Source of the DNA: Lama guanicoe
Taxonomy: Eukaryota
Length of the DNA stretch: 64,000 bases
Assembly (NCBI GenBank): GCA_013239625.1
Contig: MU054323.1
Coordinates: 14,574,029-14,638,028 of the forward strand
Direction of reading: 5' to 3'
A program made the position numbers and the translations under genes. How positions within the stretch are numbered: the first letter of the stretch is position 1; each line of letters opens with the position of its first letter. The notes under the pieces are model-generated. The model was not told the origin of the DNA, searched no databases, and worked only from the letters and a program-made list of their open reading frames with translations. Positions 12,740 to 25,057 of the stretch are shown here, piece by piece.

Positions 12740-14100
12740 AAAACTTATGCTGAAACCACTTTCTTTAGCTCCATAACTCTCTCTTCCTTCTATAAGGAAA
12801 AAAAATCCTTTAACAGGGTTCTTAAACCTAGTCTACTCAGACATTCTTTCCCATCAGTCTGCTGTACTCCACTATCCAAGGACACCAATAATCTCCGTAT
12901 TATTTAAACCATTATTTAATTCTCAGTTCTAATTTTACTTGACTTAACAACAGCATTTATTAAGGTTAATCTTTATCTGACTTCTAGGATACTACTCTTA
13001 TTTCGCCTCTTACCTCTTTAGTGCTTCTTGGCCTCATTTTCTCAATTTTCCTATTTTCCTAGACCTTCTAAGACTAACTTAGAACTCTTCTCTAAATGCC
13101 TACACCCGCATCTTTGGTAATCTCATTCTTTAATGTCATTTGTATGCTGCTGATCCCAAATTCTTACCTCTAGGATGGACCACTCTCCTGAAATCAAGAC
13201 TAAGAGGTCCAACATACTAGTCACCATCATCACTTCAATCTAACTTGCATCTCAAACTGAACATGCTTCACACTGATGCTCCTCTCAAACCAGCACACTC
13301 CTAGACTTGCACCTCTGAGTGAATAATGACCATCTTTCTCAATTTGCTCAAGTAAGGACACATGGAGTCATTTTGACTCCTTTTTTTCCCCTCCTCACTT
13401 CCCTAATCTAATCCATCAGGAAATATGTTGGATTTATTTTCAAAGTACAACCAGATTTTATCACTTCTAATGTTGGTAATAAAATCTCTTCTGGATCGTT
13501 GAGTTAGCCTTATATCCAACCCCTTGCTTCATTCTTGCTCCCCTAAAATATACAGGTGTCCAGGTAATTCTGTAAAAACATGTTATATCATATCAATCTT
13601 CTTAGAATCATCTACTACCTACGAATTTTTATAATACAAACTGAAGTCCATACAATGATGTAAAAGGTTCTCAAAGTTGGACAGTATTTTATATCTCTGA
13701 CCTCATCTCCGCTGTTACAACTACCCCAATACCTTCTAGTCTCGAGCTCTTTTTTACTACCTGGAACATATTTTAACCCAAATATCTGGAAGGTTCACTC
13801 CCTTTTCTCCTTCAAGTCCTCACCTAGTTGCATCCTTCTTGAGAGGGCCATTTGACCACCTATTTAAACTTGCATGCCTTCTTCACAATTTCTGATCCTC
13901 AGTTCTGTTGTTTTTTTTCACAACTTACCACTTTCTAATATTCAATATAATTTATTTGTTTATTATGTTTATTATTATCTTCATTCTGCTCGCATTATTT
14001 CCTGCTACAATACAAACTGCAAAAATACTAGTTTTGAATCTCCAACATCTAGAACAATGCCTGCAAATAATGTTCAATAAGTATCAGTAGAATGAATGGA
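12740..14100 (+). mobile_element. L2 LINE 3' fragment
   Basis: caaggacaccaataatctcc, catggagtcattttgactcc, tctaatccatcaggaaat, and a typical L2 tail tctagaacaatgcctg...tcaataagtatcagtagaatgaatgga. Confidence 0.8.
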
Positions 14101-16007
14101 CACACTGTGAAGTATATTATTATCAGGACAATATCATGGCTGTTAAGGGTGAGTTGATAAAAAATCAAATCCAAAATCACTAAAAATGACTTGTAATAAT
14201 TAGCAGCACAAGTTTAAAATAAGAGGAAAAAAATCCCCAAATTAAATGTACTATTTACTACCTATAAATCTTACTAAACCTCAGTTAAGTCATTTTCAAA
14301 TGGAAGTAACATATTACAGCTAATGATATGGAATGCTGATGAAGTATATTAAGACAGCGTCCAGTAACACATAATTCTTAATGATATAAGCGAAAAAAAA
14401 AGTGTAAGATTTAAGATCTTGAGAGGGTGAAATATATGGAGTTGGTACCATTGTCCAAGCACAGGAACAGTGTTTTGTTGCCTTGTAGAAGAGTGAAGTG
14501 GAGAATATGCTCATGCACACAGTGTAAAGAGAAGAGGACCCTGTCTGAGAACTTTTACTTTTTCAACAAAGTGAAGCAATGTCATTAGCTGAGAAAGACT
14601 GGTAAGAGGACTTTAATGGAGCTAAGATATCATATAGCTATTTTAGAAAATAGTAATTATTGCCCTTACCACTGTCCAGAGCCCCCTATAGTTTATACTT
14701 TTCCTGTGGGTGTGTTTGAGGATGTGTGTGTGTTTATGTATTATGTTTGTGTATAGAATAAATGGGATAAATTTAAAAGAATTTAGCTCTGTTCACTTAT
14801 CCACTGCCTATAGCCTCCACTTATCTTTCCAGGATATTTATAAGTCTGTCCTTCCACTTACCTGTAAGTGTTCTCTTATCCATTGTGTATCACTTCACAC
14901 GTATCTTTCCAGGATAAATAGTACATTCTACTCTCAAGAGAAGATTTATCAAAGTAAAAATGATGGGTTGAAACATGTATGAACTTAAAGTGAAGGATAT
15001 TTCTTTTGACCCAGAACCATGCTGGAAGTGCAATGAGAACTGGTTATGAATTACACTGTGGTGTCAGTCCTTAAACTATGACCTACTGGCCCACTGAGTG
15101 CTAACAAGTGAACCGTGGCAACAAGGTTTCTGATCTCTGCATAAGTCCCATATTCAACAGGTCCTGGGCATTCTCTGTACACTTGAACTGTAGCAACTGT
15201 AAAGTTCTACAGCATATGAAAATCATTAAGAAACATAAAAAGGTTTTAAAAAGAATCTCCCAAGGAAATGTTAGACATAAAATTTGTGAATTGCAACACA
15301 AATGTCTTCAGAGCTTTTATATTTAGCTTATTTGGGGGACATAACATGGAGTGTTGCTCAGAATTTGCTTCAATTTGTTTTTCTTCTTTAGCATTGCTAA
15401 GAATTGGGCTTATAAAATTATCCTAAAATAACACAATAGAAGAGAATTTTAAAAGCACAGTAAAATGTATGCTAGGGAAGAAAGAAAAGAGATTTCTCTT
15501 CACTTTGAGATGAAACTGAGTCCAGAAATTCTTCTTTAAAAAAAATTTTTTTTTGGCTTACTTTGTTGGAAGTTTTCTTGATTTCTCTCTCTCTCTCTCA
15601 GTTGTTTTTGCTCACTTTCTTCCCTCATTTTTTCTTGAATTCTTGATGGATCCTTTAAATATAAATCTATAGGTGGTTTTCAAATACATGTTGAACCCTC
15701 ACAATTGAAAAATCAATTGCTTTCTTCCTTTTTTTTTTCTTCCACTTTTTCTTCCCTTTTCTCTCTTTGAATTCTTCATTCCAATAATTAATTTGGACAA
15801 AACTTAACCCTAGAATTATCTCATTCATCTAGTTAAAGAGTAAAATTGACAAATGCATTACTATAAGTAGTTGGCCTAACATACAGACATTTTATTAACT
15901 TTCAAACTCATTATTTATTGTATAAAATATTTTAACAAGGGCAACTACTTGATAGAAACATAGTAATAGTTTTCCAACAGCCATAGCTGAGGATTATTTG
16001 GTGGTTT

Positions 16008-16267
16008 GAGGCAGTAGAAAATTCTAGTGATAACCATGGGATCTTGAGCTAGATTGCCTGAGTTTCAGTGTTGGTTTCACAGTTATTATTTGCATGACTG
16101 GGCACAATTACTGTCATAACTGTAATACTGCACTGGATTACATACCATAAATGAGGATAACAGTGTTTTCCTTGTAAAACTTGTGATTCAATACGGTAAT
16201 ACATGAAAGGACTTACACTTATGACTGATACAGAATAAGAATTGAATAATATTACCTATTTATTATC
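16008..16267 (+). mobile_element. MIR SINE
   Basis: gagctagattgcctgagtttca, taaatgaggataacagt, and tail aataatattacctatttattat. Confidence 0.7.
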
Positions 16268-16699
16268 AAATTGGAAAGTATAATTAGTTATTGTTTCCCT
16301 AAATATTTCCACAAACTAGTAGCACCATTTCCCTATCTTTTTTATTGGTAATATGGTAGGTAATCAACAACAGCATTTCTACATTTATTATATGATTATT
16401 TATATATACTTTTTTTCAATCAACTATTTCTACATTTGTGTTGTTTTCCATAATGGCCCTATATCTTGAGTTGTAAATGACAGAATATTACTCAGTATAT
16501 GAAAGATTGCAAAATCATAAGAATTTCTAATGGTATAAGAAATATTATATTGTAATGTGAATTAATATACAGTGTACATTTATAGTGAAGTATGGTCTTT
16601 TATGTTTACAAAATATGGGGGAATTACTGGAATAAGATATACTGAAGTTTATATTGATCATCTCTGGTTTATGGGAATATAAAAGGTTTTGTTTCTTCT

Positions 16700-17175
16700 T
16701 TGTTTTTTAATAGACTATTTTTTAGAGAAGTTCTAAGTTTACAGAGTTTGAAGTACAGAATTCCCATATATTCCTGCTCCCCATGTCTGCACAGTTTCCC
16801 CTATTACTAACAAGTTTGCATGAGTGTGGTGAATTTATTATAATTGGTGAGCTGGTACTGATAAAGTATTCCTAACTAAAATCTATAGTTTACATTAGGA
16901 TTTATTTTTTATTGTGCAGTTCTATAGATTTTCGTCAAATATATCTCATGAATCCACTATTAAAGTATTATGCAGAATAGTTTCACTGCACTAAGACTCC
17001 TGAGCTTTAGTAAACTCTGTAAAATGATTCCCACAATCAAGTTAACACATCCACCACCTCACAGTTACTTTTTTTGTTAGATTGCTTAAGACCTACTCTC
17101 TCAACAAATTTCAAGTATATAAATCAGTAAACAGTATTACTGAGTATAAGTCACCATGCTGTACATTACATCTTT
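16700..17175 (-). mobile_element. Two old L1 3'UTR fragments (L1MC-like then L1MA-like)
   Basis: ttttttagagaagttctaagtttacaga...aactaaaatctatagtttacattagg; then cttaagacctactctctcaacaaatttcaagtata...caccatgctgtacatt. Confidence 0.7.
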
Positions 17176-19953
17176 ACAGCAGTATATTTTTTGAACCAAC
17201 TCCTGGAGTAATGGAAATAAAAGCAAAAATAAACAAATGGGATCTAATTAAACTTAAAAGCTTTTGCACAGCTAAGGATACCATCAACAAAACAGACAAC
17301 CTCCATAATGGGAGGAATATTTAAAAGTGATGCACTCAACAAGGGATTAATTTCCAAAATATACAAACAGCTCATATACCTTAATATCAAAAAATCAAGC
17401 AATCCAATCAAAAAATAGGCAGAAAACCTAAACAGTCATCTTTCCAAAGAAGACAGACAGATGGCTAACAAGCACATGAAAAGATGCTCAACACCACTAA
17501 CTGTTAGAGAAAGCAAATCAAAACTACAATGAGATATCACCTCTCACCAGTCAGAATGGCCATCATTAAAAAGTCTACAAATGATAAATGCTGGAGAGGG
17601 TGTGAAGAAAAAGTAACCCTCCTACACTGTTGGTGGGAATGCAAGTTGGTGCAGCCACTATGTAGGACAGTATGAAGATTCCTTAAAATACTAAAAATAG
17701 ACTTACCATACGATCCGGCAATCCCACTCCTAGTCATATATCCAGAGAAAAATACAATAATAATATAAATATAATTATAATAATTATAAAAATATAATTC
17801 AGAAATACACATGCACCCCAGTGTTCATAGCAGAACTACTGATAGTAGCAAAAACACGGAAACAACCCAATGTCATCAACAGATGACTGAATAAAGATGT
17901 GGTATATGTACATACACACACACACACACACGCATACAATGGAATACTAGTCAGCCATAAAAATTAAAATAATGCCATTTGCAGCAACATATATGGACTT
18001 GGAGATTATCATTCTAAATGAAACAAGCCAGAAAGAGAAAGAAAAATGCCATATGATATTGCTTATATGTGGAATCTTAAAAAAAAAGGGGCACAAACTA
18101 ACTTACCTACAAAACAGAAATAGACTCACAGACATAGAGAACAAACTTATGGTTATCCAGGGTTAAAGGGTGTGGGAAGGGATAATTTGGGAATTCAAAA
18201 ATTGTACCTCTTGGGAAGTGATGGAAATTATTAGCTATCTTGATTGTGGTAGTGGTTTCATGGGTGTATTCATCTATCAAGATTCATCAAATTGAACAAG
18301 ATTGGCCAAGATGGCAGAGTAGAAGGACGCTCGTAGCTCACCCTCTCCCACAAATACACCAAAACTCACATCCATGGACCCACCCAGCCAACCAGAGCAC
18401 CTGCTGAACTCCAACAGAACATTGCCCTCTTCAAAAGACAAAGATGCCACAAATCTGGTAGGAGACAAGGAAAAAAGAAAGAAGAAAAAGCAAAACAGCA
18501 CAGGACCGATCCTGCGGAGAGGGAGCAGTGAAGGAGGAATAGCGCTTATTCACTGGGTCTCCCCCTCTCCAATGGAGAGATCAGTGGGACTTAGGGGGAG
18601 CCTCTGAGGCTCAGATCTGTACAGAGCAGCCCTTGACCAACAGAACTAAGTTAAATGGGCACAGAGGGTCTCCACAACCCCCAGCCCTAGAGGCAGAATG
18701 GCAGGTGGGGGAAGGGACAGGCTGCCTGAATTGGGCGGAGTACTGGGGCGGCTGCACTGAGGCAGCCCCAGGGGACTGCAGGATGCTGTGCGCTGTGGAT
18801 GAGAGGGTACACAGGGAAAAACAATCTGGGCCCTCCATAAAACAACAAGGCTAATGTGCCCTGGGGGGAAGGGTGCCATACCTCCTATCTCTGAAAACCC
18901 CTCCGAAGGTGTTCAGGAGAGGAAAGGCGGGAGCTCCGCCAAGCCACCATATCCTCCAGTGCTAAGCACCCAGGCAGGGGTGGGGTCAAAACCTGAATCC
19001 ATACCTCAGGGCTTAGCAGCCTCAAAGGCGAAATGGAGGCTTGTTTACAGCTCAAGGCAGACAGGATCATTCTTCCCTGGTAACAGAACTCCTGCCTACG
19101 AGACAAACAAACTAGGAGCTGAATTTGGGCATGGAGCAGGGGTGGAACTGTTCCTCTGTCTTCTCTGAGCCTGCCTACCAAGCGGGGACCCAAGGCGGAG
19201 TGGGCAGCAACCTGCGCCAGGAGAGGGCACAATTTGCCTGCCCACCCTGTGCGACCAGGGTGTCAGGAGGGGGCATGACTCTTGTGCCCACCTCATAAGA
19301 ACACAGCATCTGACCTCAGTGTTGGGAGAGGTTGTGATCTGCTTGCCAACCTGCACCAGGAGTAGCACACACCAGGGTTGCCAACAGAAGGCCTCTGGAA
19401 GCAGCATGCTGAGTTCCACAACAGCGTGAGGACAGAAAGACTTCTCAATAAGATCATTAAGAGTGCACAGTCTCCACGAGAACACATCTCCTTTTATTTT
19501 TATCTATTTTTCTTTTTTTATCTGTTATATTTTCTATTACCTTTTTAATTTTTACTTTTTAAACAATTGTATATTTCTCGTTTTAATCCCTTTAAAATTT
19601 TTCTTTTAAAAGTTTTATTATTATTGTTTTTTAAAATCCACCTCATTTCATTTTTAGTTCTCTTGGTTTTGATCTTCTGTTATTGATTACACTCAGGCTT
19701 CAAATTTTTTTGTTGTTTTCTCCTTTTTTTAAGGTTTTTAAAAGACATCTCAACTCAGTTGCTATCTTGCTGCAACTTGTTCTTCTGTTACTAATTATAC
19801 ACTGCTTTCAAATATTGTTTCCCCTCTCCCTTCTTTTAAAATTCTTTTTTTTTAAGTTTTATTCCTACATAGGCTTTAGATACATAAGTAAATAAACTCC
19901 TTAAGGACCAGAATAGATAACTGATACTCCTTAAGCCACAGTGCCAGAGAGAT

Positions 19954-20915
19954 ATGAGCAAGATGAAGAAGCAGAGGAACCACTTTCAATTAAAAGAACA
20001 AGAGAAATCCCCTGAAAGAACTATCAATGAAATATAGACACTGATGGCCTACTAGATCAAGATTTCAAAAAAGAAGTGATCAAAGTACTGAAGGAACTAA
20101 AAGAGATAGTGTTTAGAGATATGTATGTCAAATATGTCAAAAATGAAACTGAAGCTATAAATAAGAACCAAGAAAAACTGGTAAACTCATTTGCTGAGAT
20201 GGGAACTGATCTAAAGGCTGTACTAAGCAGACTAGATAATGCAGAGGAACAAATAAGTGACCTAGAAGACAGGACAACAGTAAGCACTCAATCATAACAA
20301 ATGAGAGAAAAACAAATAAAAAACAATGAAAACAATATAAGGGAACTATGGGATAATATTAAGTTTGCTAATTTAGGCATAATAGGGGTTCCAAAGGAGA
20401 ACAAAGAGCAAAGGGGACTGAAAACGTACTTGAAGACATCATGACTGAAAACTTCCCAAACATAAAGAAGGAATCAGATATCCAACTACAGGAAGTTCAA
20501 AGGGCCCCAAAGAGGAAGAACCCAAACAGACCCAACCAAGACATTATAATCAAGACGGCCAGGGTCAAGGATAAAGAAATGATCCTAAAGGCAGCAAGAG
20601 AAAAACAAAGAGTGAGTTACAGGGGAACTCCCAAAAGGCTCTCAGCTGATTTCTCAACACAAACATTACAGGCCAGAAGGGAGTGGCAAGATATATTCAA
20701 AGTCCTGAATGAAAAAAGATGCAGCCTACGATACTTGATCCAACAAGTTTAACCTTTAGAGTAGAAGGAGAGATAAAGAAACTTCACAGAAAAGAAAAAA
20801 CTAGAAGAATTTAGCAACACTAAACCCATGCTAAAAGACATACTGAAAGGTCTACTCCAAACAGAAAATAAACAGGATGCTACAGAAATGAGAATATCAT
20901 AACTGGAAAGGTGAT
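19954..20915 (+). pseudogene. L1 ORF1p, disrupted by stops and frameshifts
   Basis: ATG at 19954 (MSKMKKQRNH). Pieces RLDNAEEQISDLEDR, MTENFPN, ILKAAREK, RLSADFSTQTLQARREWQDIFKVL. End position approximate. Confidence 0.9.
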
Positions 20916-21278
20916 AATGAATTACATGAATACTCATGAATTACAAATAGAATAAACATGAAATTGTAAAAGAACACATCAAAATCATTAAGAGTGAGAG
21001 AGGGAAGCAAGAAAATATAGAGTTTTTTTTTTCTTTTTTAAATTTTTTGTTCTCAGTATGATGGGTTTGAGCTTATATTACTATCTGTTTAATACAAAGA
21101 GTTATAGTAATGGGTTAACAGACTTACACAAAGGGGTAACCACATGACAAAAACTTACAAGGGAGTCACAAAAACTAAATAAAATCTAAGATAATACAAA
21201 GGAAAATTATCAAACTGCAAAAAGAAGAAGAAAGGAACAAAGAGGAAATACCAATTCAACTGGTAAGATAAGTTCAAA

Positions 21279-24200
21279 ATGGCAATAAACACATCTATTG
21301 TTAATTACTGTAAATGTTAATGGACTAAATGCTCTAATCAAAAGACATAGAGTGGCAGACTGGATAAAAGCAAGAACCTAGAATATGCTGCATACAAGTG
21401 ACCCACTTTAGGGAGAATGACACATACAGATTGAGAGTGAAAGTATGGAAAAGGATATTCCATGTAAATGGAGAAACCAAAAAAGCAGGTGTTGCAGTAC
21501 TGACTTCAGACAAAATAGACTTTAAAACAAAGGCCATAAAGAAAGATAAAGGACATTTTATAATGATTAAAAGAGTGATACAAGATGAGGATATTACACT
21601 CATTAATATATATGCACCCAATATAGGAGCACCTAAGTACATAAAACAATTACTAACAGAGATGAAGGGGGAAACTGATGGGAATACAATCATTGTTGGA
21701 GATTTTAGCACCACATTAACATCACTAGACAGATCTTCCAGGCAGGAAATAAATAAGGGAACAGAGAAATTAAATGATACAATAGAAAAATTAGATTTGG
21801 TGGTTATTTTCAGAGCACTACACCCCCCCCCCCAATAGGATATACATTCTTTTCAAGTGCACATGCAACATTTTCTAGGATTGATCATGTACTTGGGCAC
21901 AAAAGAAGCCTCAACAATTTCAAGAAGATAGAAATTATCTCAAGCATCTTTACTGACCACAATGCCATGAAACTAGAAATCAACTACAGAGAAACAAAGG
22001 CGAAAAAAAGGAAAGCATGGAGATTAAACAGCATGCTACTAAAAAACCAATGGGTCAATGAGGAAATCAAGGTTGAAATTAAAAATACCTGAGACAAATG
22101 AAAATCAAAACACGACCACATAAAATTTATGGGACACATCAAAGGCAGTGCGAAGAGGTAAGTAAAGCAATACGGGCCTTTATCAAGAAAGAAGAACAAT
22201 TGCAAATAAACAATCAAACCTACCAGCTGAAAGAATTAGAAAAAGAAGAGCAAAAAAAACCTGGAAGTCAGCAGAAGGAAGGAAATAATAAAGATCAGGG
22301 AGGAAATAAGTAAAATAGAGATTAAAAAACAAGAGAAAAAAATCAATCAAACCGAAAGTTGGTTTTTGAAATAGTAAATAAAATCGGCAAACCTCTGGCC
22401 AAACTCACAAAGAACAAAAAAGAGAGAGCACAAATTAGCAAAATAAGAAAGGAAAATGGAGAAATTACAACAAATAAAACAGAAATACAGAATATCATAC
22501 GAGAAAATTATGAAAAACTATATGGAACCAAACTGGATAACCTAGAGGAAATCGACAAGTTTCTGGAAACATACTGTCCACCAAGACTGAATCAAGAAGA
22601 AACTGACCACATGAACAAACTGATCGCTAGAAATGAAATCAAAATAGCAATAAAAAAACGTCCCTACAAATAAAAGTCCAGGACTGGACGGCTTAACTGG
22701 GGAATTCTATCAAACATACAAAGAAGAACTCATACCAGTCTTTCTCAGACTCTTCCAGAAGATTGAAAAAGGAGGGAATACTCCCAAACTCATTCTATAA
22801 AGCCACCATCAGCCTGATACCAAAATCAGGCAAAAAAGAGAGTTATAGGCCAATATCACTGATGAACATAGATGCAAAAATCCTCACCAAAATATTAGCA
22901 AATAGAATCCAACAGCACATAAAAAGGATTATACCTCATGACCAAGTGGGGTTCAACCCAGTGACACAAAGGTGGGTCAACATACGCAAATCAATCAATG
23001 TAATGCATCACATCAACAAGAGAAAGGACAAAAACCACATGATCATCTCAATCGATGCAGAAAAAGCATTTGATAAAATTTAACACCCATTTATGATAAA
23101 AATTCTCACCAAAGTGGGTATAGAGGGAACATATCTCAACATCATAAAAGCTATCTATGACAAACCTACAGCCAGCATAGTACTCAACGGTGAAAAACTC
23201 AAAAGCTTCCCACTAAAATCTGGGACAAGACAAGGCTGCACACTATCACCACTCCTATCCAACATAGTCTTGGAAGTCCTAGCCACAGCAATCAGGCAAG
23301 AGAGAGAAATAAAGGGGATCCAAATTGGAAAAGAAGAGGTAAAAGTGTCACTGTATGCTGACAACATGTTACTATATATAGAAGACTCTAAAAGCTCCAC
23401 ACAAAAACTACTAGAGCTGATTGAAGAATTCAGCAAGGTAGCAGGTTACAAGATTAACGTTCAAAAATCAGTTGCATTTCTTTACACTAATGATGAATCA
23501 ACAGAAAAAGAAAGTAAAGAAACAAGCCCCTTTAAAATAGCACCCAAAGTAATAAAATACCTAGGAATAAATCTAACCAAGGAGGTGAAAGAATTATACA
23601 CAGAAAACTATAAACCATTGATGAAGGAAATTAAAGAAGACTTTAAAAAATGGAAAGATATTCCATGCTCTTGGATTGGAAGAATCAATATTGTTAAAAT
23701 GGTCACACTGCCCAAGGCAATCTACAGATTTAATGCAATCCCTATCCAATTACCCAGGACATATTTCACAGAACTAGAACAAATCATAATAAAATTTATA
23801 TGGAACCATCAAAGACCTAGAATTGCTAAAGCATTACTGAAGAGAAAGAAAGAGGCTGGAGGAATAACTCTCCCAGACTTCAGACAATACTATAGAGCTA
23901 CAGTCATCAAGACAGCATGGTATTGGTACCAAAACAGACATATAGACCAATGGAACAGAATAGAGAGCCCAGAAATGAACCCACAAACTTTTGGTCAACT
24001 CATCTTCGACAAAGGAGGCAAGAATATACAATGGAATAAAGACAGTCTCTTCAGCAAATGGTGTTGGGAAAACTGGACAGCAGCATGTAAAACAATGAAG
24101 CTAGAACACACCCTTACACCATATACAAAAATCAACTCAAAATGGATTAAAGACTTAAACATAAGACAAGATACAATAAACCTCCTAGAGGAAAACATAG

Positions 24201-25057
24201 GCAAAACATTATCTGACATACATTTCAAAAATTTTCTCCTAGAAGAAATAAAAGCAAGAATAAACAAATGGGACCTAATGAAACTTACAAGCTTCTGCAG
24301 AGCAAAGGAAACCAGAAATAAAACAAGAAGAAAACCTACGGAATGGGAGAAAATTTTTGCAAGTGAAACTGACAAAGGCTTGATCTCCAAAATATATAAG
24401 CAGCTCATACGACTCAATAAGAAAAAAAAAAAAACAACCCAATCCAAAAATGGGCAGAAGACCTAAACAAGCAATTCGCCAAGGAAGACATACAAATCAT
24501 CAACAGGCACATTAAAAAATGCTCAATATCACTAATTATCAGAAAAATGCAAATCAAAACTACGATGAGGTATCACCTCACACTAGTCACAATGGCCATC
24601 ATTCAAAAATCCACAAATGACAAATGCTCGAGAGGCTGTAGAGAAACGGGAATCCTCCTACACTGTTGGTGGGAATGCAGTTTGGTGCAGCCACTGTGGA
24701 AAACAGTATGGAGATTCCTCAAAAGACTAGGAATAGACTTACTGTATGACCCAGTAATCCCACTCCTGGGCACATATCCAGAAGGAACCCTACTTATGGA
24801 TGATACCTGCACCCCAATGTTCATAGCAGCACTATTTACAATAACCAAGACATGGAAATGGCCTAAATGTCCATCAACAGATGACTGGATAAAGAAGAAG
24901 TGGTATATTTATACAATGGAATACTATTCAGCCATCAGAACTGACAACATAACGCCATTTGCAGCAACATGGATGTCCCTGGAGAATGTCATTCTAAGTG
25001 AAGTAAGCCAGAAAGAAAGAAAAATACCATATGAGATCACTCATATGTGGACTCTAA
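21279..25057 (+). pseudogene. L1 ORF2p (APE endonuclease, reverse transcriptase, C-terminal CCHC region), disrupted
   Basis: NVNGLN, INIYAPN, IIVGDF (EN); [30 protein letters not shown] (RT); catalytic YADD mutated to YADN; several frameshifts. Confidence 0.95.

Noticed and set aside
15101..15326. Overlapping short ORFs with a possible minus-strand acceptor
   Set aside because: No recognisable product and no well-defined exon boundaries.
18277..19487. Cluster of overlapping GC-rich ORFs and a CpG-island-like region
   Set aside because: This is the L1 5'UTR; such ORFs are expected from GC content, and an ORF0-like product cannot be supported.
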